DNA from: Bugula neritina | Taxonomy: Eukaryota; Animalia; Bryozoa | NCBI GenBank assembly: GCA_964035545.1 | Contig: OZ037765.1 | Coordinates: 15,996,995-16,060,994, forward strand | Length of the DNA stretch: 64,000 bases | Reading direction: 5' to 3' | Shown here: one piece after another, positions 29,538-39,277 of the stretch | Numbering within the stretch: the stretch's first letter is position 1 | Layout: every line of letters starts with the position of its first letter | Notes under the pieces: model-generated | What the model was told of the DNA's origin: nothing | The model's input: the letters and a program-made list of their open reading frames with translations, nothing else | Database searches by the model: none | Program-made: the position numbers and the translations under genes

Positions 29538-29732
29538 GAAAGATAAGCTCAAGATAAATGTCAGGCCTATTTTCTGTAAATCAAAGCAAGTGCCATATGA
29601 GGTTTGCTAGAGGTGTGTGAAAACTAATACAGTTCAATGTTTGCAGTATACCCGTGGTTCTTATACAAAAGACACAGCTACCTGGACAACAAAATCCAAA
29701 TCATCCTTAGACTAGGTCCTAGAAATTCCTTA

Positions 29733-29944
29733 TCTATATAGTAAAAAACATCCTCCGAAACGGAAGCCTGACTTCGGGCTAAACTCGGGCCCCTGAATCA
29801 TCCGCATCGGATGCCCGATTGGAATTGGCACCTGAATAGGCGGAAACGGACGCCCTGAACTCAATCGTGCGCCCGAATCGTATGTCCCAAATGATTTCGG
29901 GGCGTCTGATTTGGCCGAAGTCGGCGACTTCCGACTCTCGCTAG
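29733..29944 (+). mobile_element. Non-autonomous mini-Helitron (~212 bp)
   Basis: Starts A|TCTATATAG and ends CTAG|T, i.e. inserted between A and T with no TSD. Subterminal hairpin gaagtc-ggc-gacttc lies ~10 nt before CTAG. The GC/CpG-rich body contrasts with AT-rich flanks. Confidence 0.65.
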
Positions 29945-30325
29945 TTGCAAGAGGTTACAAAAATAAAATACAAAACAAATACATATGAGTGAAATACAAA
30001 TAATAAAATATAAATTTCCAGATTTACTACACCATTTACATAACATTAACCTAAACTTATAAATTATAATTTTATTAGTATTACATTTACTACTAAAACT
30101 ATAAGTTCTACTCAACAACTATAACTTATAAGTAAGTATAACTATTAGTATTACTACTAGTATTACACATACAGTTAATATTACTAGTAGTATTAATATT
30201 AGACTTAGAAGTAGGTGTCATAATGATAATGATACTGTAGTGGAAATCAAGCACGCACTTGTTTTGTTATTATTTGAGTTGTTCTCCCCTGCCACTTTTT
30301 TTTGTATGTTAAATAAATAAGCATG

Positions 30326-30440
30326 TGAGCCGAATTCGGAACCAAAGGTACGATTTCGGATGGGGTCTGTCCGATTTCGGACAGAACCCTTCCGATTTCG
30401 GACGGCGGAACTCCGAATTCGACCGATTTCGGACCCCCAA
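30326..30440. repeat. GC-rich ~21-bp tandem repeat with core ccgatttcggac, probably transposon-derived
   Basis: Four to five copies of the core cgatttcgga (or cgaattcg); the first three are spaced 21 bp apart. Confidence 0.75.
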
Positions 30441-30899
30441 GTGGCAGGCACTTTTCTGACAGTATATAAGGGCGAGCATTTTAGTATCAATTCAGTCTAA
30501 CACTGGAGCTCGCAGAGGAAACTACTATATATATCAATAAAGGCTATTAGAATCAACATTTTACAAAGACTTTTATTCAATAATTAATAGTACTGGCATG
30601 CAGACTACTTAATCTGTTTCATTAAACCCGCAAAATCATAACAATACTCTGACTCGCACACCGACACTGGCTCTTGAGCAGAAGTTGCACTTACAGTTAC
30701 AAAAACATAATTTGGCTACTATTTATATAATAGCTCAACCTATTTGCAAGACTTATAGTTATAATTATAATATAAATACAATTATAACTATAGTCTATCA
30801 GATAAAGCCTTACACTTACAGTTACTCAGTCTCACAGTTAGTATTACTATTACAGTTAAACTTAAAGTTATTATTTACAAAATCTAGCAGCCAAAACTA

Positions 30900-31330
30900 G
30901 TTGAGTAGTAGCAGTACTCTAGTAGTAGTACTGTAGTAGTAGTACTAGTACTGAGTAGTAGTAGCAGCAGCAGTAGTAGTAGCAGTAGTACTAGTAGTAG
31001 TAGTACTAGTAGTAGTCGTTGTACTAGTAGTAGTACTAGTAGTAGCCCATGGCCATAGTGATAGTCATAGTGATACTGATAAGTGATAGGCACATTTTAA
31101 TTTATATTGATACTCAATTTCATATTGTTATTGAAATTGGTATAATTTTATAATTATTATAATTAATATTTTAATATTATTAAAAAGATGTTATAAATGT
31201 ATTATACTATTAGTATTACTAGTATTATTATTACTATTCTGAGTATTAATATTACTATTACTATTAGTATTACTGTTAGTATTTAACTAAAACTAAAAGT
31301 AAAACCCAAAAGTAGTACTAGTATACACTT
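30900..31330. repeat. (TAG/CAG)n and ATT-rich low-complexity tract
   Basis: Directly visible trinucleotide-based degenerate repeats. Confidence 0.9.
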
Positions 31331-33084
31331 ATGACTTACAATAACAACATGATGTATATTAAATATTAATATTTGCTCAAACAGACTCAGAGTCAGAGGT
31401 TTAACAATAACTCATAACGGTAGTAGTAGTAAAATTTTTGGACTGTGTGCAATCACTTTTGGTATTTCAATTCTCTAACAGTAACATGCATAGCTGTTCA
31501 CAAAGGGAAATGTATCTAGCAATAAAATGTACCACTGAAATGAAATATAGTGTATTCCAGTTCAGTATAATACATTCAGAGTTGTCTTCATTCTTGCGCA
31601 TTACTTAACGAGTTAGTTTACTTATACGTGGACCGAGCACTGAACTGAAACTATAAGGTTATAGTTCAATGGGACCGAGTGCCACGAAGCTGGTGGGCGG
31701 GTGTCATCCTGGCAGCTGGGTTCACTGAACTGGAAAAGACCAGGCATAATAATATTATTGAGTTCATTGGTTGGGCTACTGACTCGATTACGAAAGTCTG
31801 AAAGGCCGAAGGCGGCCAGAAAATTGCAAACTTTAAAAGTTTGCAAAAGTGGGAATTAATAGGCACTACGTTTATGCAACTGGTAGAAAATGACAAATAT
31901 TATTGTATTGATGTAACGTGAGCTATCAAAAACGAATATAAGTAGTACATTAGGTAGGCCCCTATCCTAAATTACTAATATGGATTAATTCTAGCTGAAA
32001 ATAGTGTGTGCAGAGTATAATTCTTTGTGCACATTATGCACACCATGACTTCATAAGAACAAAATATATTTAATTATATAGGTACACATCCAAACTAAGA
32101 ATATCGATAAAACTTCTTGATAAAACTTCATGGTAAAACCAGAGTAGACATGTTTTTCAGATATGCTTTACTTCATTGTTGCTGTTTATAAGCTGTCTGC
32201 TGTGTTGAGTTAGGTGTTTTTGTTTCTGATTATTGTTAATAAAAAGCATTAAAAAATTTCAATGTGGCGTTTGAAAATTTTTCAATCAATAAATATTAAG
32301 AGAGTTGCTATAATCATGAATTTATAAATGAAAGGTGCTTGAAATGTATTGATTGCAATTGTATGATAATTACTAAAGTCTGATGCTAAAACTTATTAAT
32401 AAAATAAAAAACATTTCAGAAAATTAGAAAAAGAATAATGTGAAATGATTAAAAAAAAACCCATAGAATTAGCTGAAAAATCAGTAATAATTAACCTGCT
32501 GGTTGTGCAAACAATTCCATTAGTCAGTATTGTTAAAATATATATCTTATAGTTAGCGTCCATCCAGAGAGATACTTTGTCATAACCTTATAAAATGATG
32601 ACATTGCATCAGCATAATTTCAGAATTTATAGCAATATCATAATCTTTAATCCATTGGTTCCTATTCTGAGGCTACATATTTTTCAGAGCTTTAAGGGGA
32701 CGGTGGGGGAGGGGTGTGAAAAAGAGTGAGGAGCCAGAGGCAATAACTTATATTATACTATGTTTACTATGAATAGTTGAATCATTCAAGCTAACTTCTA
32801 CTATATAACATTTTGTTAATTTTAACATACAAAATAATTATTTTAAACCAACTATATAAGTATCTGGTTCATCACCATCTTATCAAGCTGGTTGTGCATC
32901 ATGTGTTAGACAAATATTATAAATGTTTTACCCACTTTATAGTTTTACATGACATAGCTTATAATCTATAATCTTATATTTTTGGTATCCATTGATTTAC
33001 CTTATCTTTTGTATTCATAATTTAATTTTGTATAAATAATGTGTATGAGTTAATGAGAGTTATTGCTATGTTAAATATTATATA

Positions 33085-33303
33085 AACTCACTCGCGCAAA
33101 TTTATAGTCGCTATCCCTGTAAAAAACCCCTGATGGAAAGGGTTTTTGTTAAATCAGGCTAAGGACTTATTTAAATGAGGCACAGGAGCAATTATGACTG
33201 GATGCTCTTCCTAACGTCACCAATGGCCGTTGTTCGAGCTCGAACCTATGACCTCGTGTTCACTAGGCAAACGCTCTAATCCCTAGACCACGGCTGCTCC
33301 CTC
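33085..33303 (-). mobile_element. tRNA-derived SINE (219 bp) with 17-bp TSD
   Basis: Minus strand head GGAGCAGCCGTGGTCTAGGGATTAGAGCG (A box) ... GGTTCGAGCTC (B box), followed by GGAAGAGCATCC. An exact direct repeat atgttaaatattatata flanks it at 33068-33084 and 33304-33320. Confidence 0.9.
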
Positions 33304-33994
33304 ATGTTAAATATTATATACTAATATTAAAATTAGGTCTCCAGTTACCTATAAAGCTTTTTTTTCATCATAAACAAATGCTGTTGACTTTTATATGCAT
33401 AAATGGCTGTATACTAGACTGCATATATCTTGCCAATCATTGGTTTTATCGAAATGGAATAATATTCAGAGTTTAATATATCCAATTTGCTATTACTTCT
33501 CTTTTTTGCTTCTGTAAGATGCTTACCACCATGGGCCACTGATAGCACTGATAAAACATATATTTTTAATTATTCCTTAAACTTTTTTATGCAACTAAAA
33601 GTTTCCATTATCTTTAGCTCAGGAAGTTTTGTCACTTGCACTTTTGGCGGGGTGGCAAGAAATTTATAAGAACTAGATATTAGTTTTGCTTGTAAAATAA
33701 ATAGCCCGTCTTTTACAAATAAACATTGCATATTAAAAGTGCTAGCTCTTGTATTCATATAATATTGAGAGTAGGCTATTATATGTACCCATTTGATATA
33801 GTATTATAATTATGTCATAGCAACTTAGATGTGTACAATGCACATATGCATGCATGTATATTGCAACACAAATAAAGATAATTACAGCTATAAGCTGTTA
33901 TATGAGCATGTGACTTTAATTTGTATAGACAAAATTAAGCATAATAAATACTCATTAATGAAAACCCCTTTGGTCTGAATAAGGCTAAGTGTTA

Positions 33995-36967
33995 CATCTC
34001 TCATCTCATCTCATCTCATCTCATCTCATCTCATCTAATTAATCTCACTCGGAGCGCTTTGGCTCCTTTATCGAGATGCAGTGGTGTATGAACAATTGTT
34101 TAAATTATCAGTAGTAAGGAAGAAAACCATTTTGTCTACGAGATAAGAATATAGTTGATTATGCTTTGATTCAAAGCTCAATAGCTAGCTACTGCCAGGA
34201 GAGAAAAAAAAAGAAAAAAAAAAAAAAAAAAAAAAAAAATAAAAAAGTAAATAAATAAATAAATATACACCGCACAGCTTCAGATGATATAAAGCAGAGT
34301 CGGTGTAAAGTGCTTATAATCAGTTAGGCAAAGCAGCTAGAATCATTAGAAAAGTTTATGTATGCGATGTTTATATGAATGTTTGGCAGTTTTGGTATTG
34401 ATATTACCCTTAATAGCACCATGTCTGGTATTGTGAGACTCTGCAAAATGAAGGGAGAACCGGTCTTGGTCTATAGCGGCACTACCAGAAAGCATACGAA
34501 AGTACATTTTTTGGTCTGCATTATCACGTCTTTGTGCAAGGCTATCCCAATTAGAATTTGTCATGAGCTCAGTTATATGATCTCGTTTTCTCTTACAGAA
34601 TGTCCACCTGAAGGCTTTTCTATTTATACCTTCTATGATGTTGATGTTTTTCAATTTAAATGGAGACCAGGTGTGGGTCGCAAATTCTAGTATAGGGCGA
34701 CAGACTGTTTTATAAGCTATGGCTCTGGTTTTACTTTTAGCCTTTTTTAGACAGCGCATCAGCATGTGTAATAATTTATTAGCTTTTGAGCAAATGTTTA
34801 TTATATGTTGATCGAATGACAGTTTATTATCAATCGTGACACCAGGGTATAATACTTTGTCAACACATTGTAAGGGGTCATTATTCATGCTGTATTGAGA
34901 CACTAGAGGATTTACAGTGGAGCGTTGAATTGTCATATGCTCACATTTATTTATATTGAACTTCATCTGAGAACTGTCTGCCCAAGTTATAAGATGGTCT
35001 AAGTCATTCTGAAATAAACTAGAATCAGCAGGTGTTGTGATTGGTTTGTACAACAAGGAATCATCTGCATATAGTTTAAGCTTGCTGTTGGCTACCACAG
35101 AGTGCATGTCATTTATGTACACATTAAATAACAATGGTCCTAATACACTGCCTTGGGGCACTCCTGAGGTCACATGTCTAGTGGCCGATTTGACGTTGTT
35201 GACACAGACTGAAAGAAGACGGCTCTGAAGCCATGAAAAAATCCACTTGACAGTTTTATCAGCTATTCCGATATTTAGCAGTTTAACCTGTAGTTTATGG
35301 TGCGACACAACGTCAAAGGCCTTTGAAAAATCCAAGACAGCGAGGTCTACCGGTATCATTTCGTCGAAAAAATCTATAAATTCACTCACGGTATTCAGCA
35401 ACTGAGTATCGCAGCCATGATTTGTCCTGAAGCCATGTTGGTGTGGATAAAACAGGTCATTTGATTCGAGGAAACAGTTGATATTATGTGATACGATATG
35501 CTCGAAGATTTTGGATATGATAGAAGTGAGTGATATTGGCCTGTAATTCAGCGGGTCTGTACGACTTCCTTTCTTGAAGATCGGTACAATGTTTGCTGTT
35601 TTCCAGTCTTGTGGTGTCTGAGATGTATCGTAAAAGTACTGAAAAACCTTTGTTAGGGGCTCATATATATAATGTGCAAGATATTTTAGAAGTGCAGGAG
35701 AAAGTTCATCTGGGCCAGCACCTTTTCGTGGATCGAGTTTGGTGAGCTGTGTTAGGACTCCCCGAGGATCAAATTGTATAGGGGATGATATAGTTTGAGG
35801 TGGAATGCAGGGAGGGATATTACCATCATCAATGGAAAACACAGAAGCAAAGGAGTCCGCAAAAGATTCAGCTATAGCAGTATTGTTGTTAGGGGGGATG
35901 TTGTCTAGTTGACGTACAGTATTTGAGCTGCCCTTTTTACTTGCTATGAACCGATAAAGAGGTTTTGAATCACCCTGCTCTAATGTATTGCATATGTGTT
36001 TGTTTATATAATTATTATAGTCCCTGTTACACAATTTCTTGCAGTACCGGGACTGGGTGGCATGTTTTAAAATGTTGTGCGGGGTGCGATCGTTAAGGCA
36101 AGCTAGGTGGAGGTGTTTTCTTTTTCTGATCTCACTTTTAGTTTCTTGGGATATCCAGAGTTCTGATTTTTTCTTTCTAAATTTGTATGGGATATTGGAA
36201 TGTGCTACCTGAAGTATTCCAGATTTGAGATTATGCCATAACTGTTCAGCGCTACATTTCTTAGAGATATCTGAGGTGATTTTACAATGTAGGGAGTAAC
36301 AGTCCACGGTGATGTTCGTTATGTCTGCCTTTTCAAATTGCCAATATGGTTTTGGTTTGGTTAAGGATGCTGTCCTTTTAATAACATTATCCGCCAACAC
36401 ATTGAAATTGATAATAAAATGGTCAGAGCAGGATGACTCAACTCGGGGGTTAGTGGTAGTTACATTTGTAACAACTAGATCAAGCGTATTACCTTTGTCG
36501 TGAGTAGGTTTATTGATAGCCTGAGAAAGATTATTCGAAATTATAAAATCTACGAACAATTGATGCAAGTTAGTTTCTCTTGTTGTTTTAAGTACAGGCC
36601 TGCTACTATCATTCCAGTCAATGTCAGGTAGGTTAAAATCCCCAACCATAACAATGTTCGGATTGGTTTGATCATAATACCAATTTACTATATCTTCTAC
36701 TTGTTTTATACAGGGTCTACGGTAATAGCATGCAATAGTGAAAGAATATCCACAGATTGATAAGTCAAGGGCAATGATTTCCCCAGGGTGTGAGGCATTG
36801 ATTCTACTAACAACAAAGGGACATTTATTGGATAGGCCTATAAGGACTCCACCTCCACGTCCTAGTCCGTCAGTTCGGTCACGCCGGTACAGGGTGTAGT
36901 CCCTGGATAACTCATTATCGGAAACTGATGAATCTAGTTTTGTTTCACATAAGCAAAAGATATCTGT
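33995..36967 (-). mobile_element. 5'-truncated non-LTR retrotransposon (LINE, CR1/L2 group) with (GAGAT)n tail
   Basis: APE endonuclease + RT ORF, ~310-nt 3' UTR containing a long T tract, and a tandem-repeat tail at 33995-34036. No TSD was found. Confidence 0.92.
34346..36967 (-). CDS. LINE ORF2 (APE endonuclease-reverse transcriptase), uninterrupted frame, N-terminally truncated
   Basis: The frame stays open for 106 codons upstream of the annotated ATG at 36649 (DIFCLCETKLD...YRRDR...GGGVLI...YYRRP). Then GDFN, TLDLV, SDH (APE) and KGAGPD, NYRPISLTS, QHGFR, LDFSKAFD, SGVPQGSVLGPLLF, YADD (RT). Confidence 0.93.
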   Translation of the reverse strand, partial: TDIFCLCETKLDSSVSDNELSRDYTLYRRDRTDGLGRGGGVLIGLSNKCPFVVSRINASHPGEIIALDLSICGYSFTIACYYRRPCIKQVEDIVNWYYDQTNPNIVMVGDFNLPDIDWNDSSRPVLKTTRETNLHQLFVDFIISNNLSQAINKPTHDKGNTLDLVVTNVTTTNPRVESSCSDHFIINFNVLADNVIKRTASLTKPKPYWQFEKADITNITVDCYSLHCKITSDISKKCSAEQLWHNLKSGILQVAHSNIPYKFRKKKSELWISQETKSEIRKRKHLHLACLNDRTPHNILKHATQSRYCKKLCNRDYNNYINKHICNTLEQGDSKPLYRFIASKKGSSNTVRQLDNIPPNNNTAIAESFADSFASVFSIDDGNIPPCIPPQTISSPIQFDPRGVLTQLTKLDPRKGAGPDELSPALLKYLAHYIYEPLTKVFQYFYDTSQTPQDWKTANIVPIFKKGSRTDPLNYRPISLTSIISKIFEHIVSHNINCFLESNDLFYPHQHGFRTNHGCDTQLLNTVSEFIDFFDEMIPVDLAVLDFSKAFDVVSHHKLQVKLLNIGIADKTVKWIFSWLQSRLLSVCVNNVKSATRHVTSGVPQGSVLGPLLFNVYINDMHSVVANSKLKLYADDSLLYKPITTPADSSLFQNDLDHLITWADSSQMKFNINKCEHMTIQRSTVNPLVSQYSMNNDPLQCVDKVLYPGVTIDNKLSFDQHIINICSKANKLLHMLMRCLKKAKSKTRAIAYKTVCRPILEFATHTWSPFKLKNINIIEGINRKAFRWTFCKRKRDHITELMTNSNWDSLAQRRDNADQKMYFRMLSGSAAIDQDRFSLHFAESHNTRHGAIKGNINTKTAKHSYKHRIHKLF

Positions 36968-37779
36968 TTAATTCAGGTAAATTTATTATTGAACACCAAT
37001 TCTCAAATATTTAATTTATGTTTTACAGGCTCGGCATTACATTTGTTGACTGCATAATTGCCATACTAAATTATGCAAATAATCGTAGGAATTTTTTCAA
37101 TTATTGAATGATTCATTTGAGTAATTGTCACAATATTATGCATGTGGTGTGGGCGAAGGCCTGCATGGCATTGCATTGAAAGCTTTAAAGAATACCATAA
37201 TATTTCAAATTTCATTAAAATGTAACTGGCTCTGTTATGTTATTTTTATTGATTGAGCTGTTATAGCGACTGGAACATGGTTGTTTTTCAGTGGTTATAG
37301 GCTTATATTCTTGTTGTATAGCACTTTTGACCAGCGTGATATAAATCAACTTTTGCTACAGAGGCGAAGAGCTGCAACGCTTTATCTTTTCAATGAGGGG
37401 ATAACTCAATGTATGATCGTAGAAAATTTATTCGAGTAGAGAAGGATAACTCAATGCATGACGTAAAATTTTATCAAAGTGGAACAATAGATTTGTCGAC
37501 TAGGAACCATGTCTGTGTTCTGCTAAAGAGTGCCTAAAGCAGCGCCCTCATTTTTTAACGAAAAACAACGAAAAGGAGCACATGAGGAATCACATGATCG
37601 TATAAATGAGTAATGCGATACCAACAAGAATGATAGTGACCTTATGATTCGACGGTAACAGAGCTCGATAATCATATTGATATTTGGACTATAATTCCAT
37701 TTTAATTATTTGCAAGTAGGTGGTGGTAATAACCAGAGTCGTGTGCAGCAGCAGTTTCTTATATTTATAACTAATAGTG

Positions 37780-38490
37780 TTACTTGCAAATATAATAATA
37801 ATATCATTATTGTAATTATACTGATAATAACTATAATATTAATATTATAAATTAAAATTATAAATATAGATATTCATATTTATATTATTATTATCAAAAT
37901 GTAGTACTAATAGAAATAAGTGTAACTAATACTATAAAATTAAATGTAGCTATTACTATTAGTATTACTATTACAGTATTACTTATTTAGTTAATAATAT
38001 TACTGCTACTAGTTAGTAATAAGCAACTAACAATGCTACTACTAATACTAATACTAATAGTAATACTAATAGTAATACTAATAGTATTACTGAGTAATAG
38101 TAATACTAAGTCTAATAGTAATACTACTAGTACTACTACTAATACTACTAGTAGGCTACTACGTCTACTAGTAATAACACTACTAATACTACTACTGCTA
38201 CTGCTGCTACCACTACAGCAGCATTAGCAGCAGCACTAGCAGTAGCAGCAGCAGTAACAGCATTAGTAGTAGTAGTATGAGTGGCATTAAATGATTAATA
38301 TTAGTATTACTATTTTCTATTAGTATTACTATCAGTATCAGTGTTGCATTTAATGTTATTAGTTTTGCTATTAATACTATAGCCATTTTGTATTACTTTA
38401 ACTTATTTATTTTACCTATTACTAATATTATTATTTAATATTTTATTTAATATTTAATATATTTAATATTACTCTTAGTTAATTACTATT
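37780..38490. repeat. AT-rich/(TAC)(TAA)(CAG)n low-complexity tract upstream of prosaposin
   Basis: Directly visible degenerate trinucleotide repeats. Confidence 0.9.
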
Positions 38491-39109
38491 ATCATCAGCA
38501 GGGTAATAGTGAAAATTGTGGAATTTGAAAAAGAAAGCAAAGTTGTTGGCAATTGTTATTGTTGATAGTGATTGCGTAGCCAGTCAACTTCAAGCCACTA
38601 ACAGTTATAATGCCATCGACAAAAAATTTTAAACTTGAATTGAGCTAGTTTCAGTTTAAGTTACGTCGATTCACTTTTAATCGATTTGAAATATAGAGGT
38701 GTTTTAAGCAAGTGGATAATTGTAATGCCCATTTTTAAAATTGTTGTTTGTGTACATTTATTTTTATTATGTAGTATCACTTCATGAGTCTTTCATATAC
38801 TTAAGTCAATATTTTTCTTATCGAGTTAAATCAAATCAATCTATTTTTGTACTCTGTCATCAAGTTGTTTAGCATGTGATTTACTTACTAGACCCGGTAT
38901 TAACTATAGTTCTTAAATTTTGTAATGGATTTTTAATGCAGTACTGACTTCGGGTGGTTGTACTTATTATTGCTTAATTAGTTGATAAACAATCACTACT
39001 TTCATGATGAATTTTGTTATAGTCACTTTGAGTATTTTTGTTCTTAATTGTTTTTAAGTTTAAATCCACGATAATAATAGTTCATTTTTTATTTCAATTT
39101 TCAATTTTG

Positions 39110-39118
39110 AGTCATGTG
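39110..39118 (+). promoter_or_regulatory. M-box/CLEAR-like E-box (AGTCATGTG) near the presumed prosaposin start
   Basis: Matches the MiT/TFE M-box core and lies ~70 bp upstream of the presumed 5'-UTR exon donor (cag|gtaatt, 39190/39191). The motif is short and could be chance. Confidence 0.3.
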
Positions 39119-39277
39119 GAAAATAAAAGTAGCTAGTTTCTGTTATTGAATTTTAGAGTAAGTCAAATAGAGATAATCACCGTTTTCAGGTAATTGTTAC
39201 ACGGCTCTAATATAAGTACTGTAAATCTTATCTAAGTTGATGTGTTTTTTTTATAGACCTCATCCAATCATCACGAT

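Noticed and set aside
30326-30440. Regularly spaced repeats resembling a CRISPR array
   Set aside because: The repeat core is ~12 bp with ~9-bp spacers, there are no cas genes, and the context is eukaryotic.
32696-32714. G-quadruplex candidate ggggacggtgggggagggg
   Set aside because: Only three long G runs plus a GG, and no functional context.
33121-33147. Hairpin + T-run resembling a bacterial intrinsic terminator
   Set aside because: It is inside a SINE in eukaryotic DNA; treated under the SINE finding.
33225-33303. Possible tRNA gene
   Set aside because: It has A/B boxes but no complete acceptor stem, and it is the head of a TSD-flanked SINE.
34201-34263. Poly(A) tail of a + strand retrocopy
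   Set aside because: It lies within the 3' UTR of the minus-strand LINE, between its stop codon and (GAGAT)n tail; no upstream + strand retrogene is visible.
30884-38227. Poly-Leu 'membrane/signal peptide' ORFs at 30884-31093 and 38033-38227
   Set aside because: Artefacts of TAG/TAC/CAG trinucleotide tracts.
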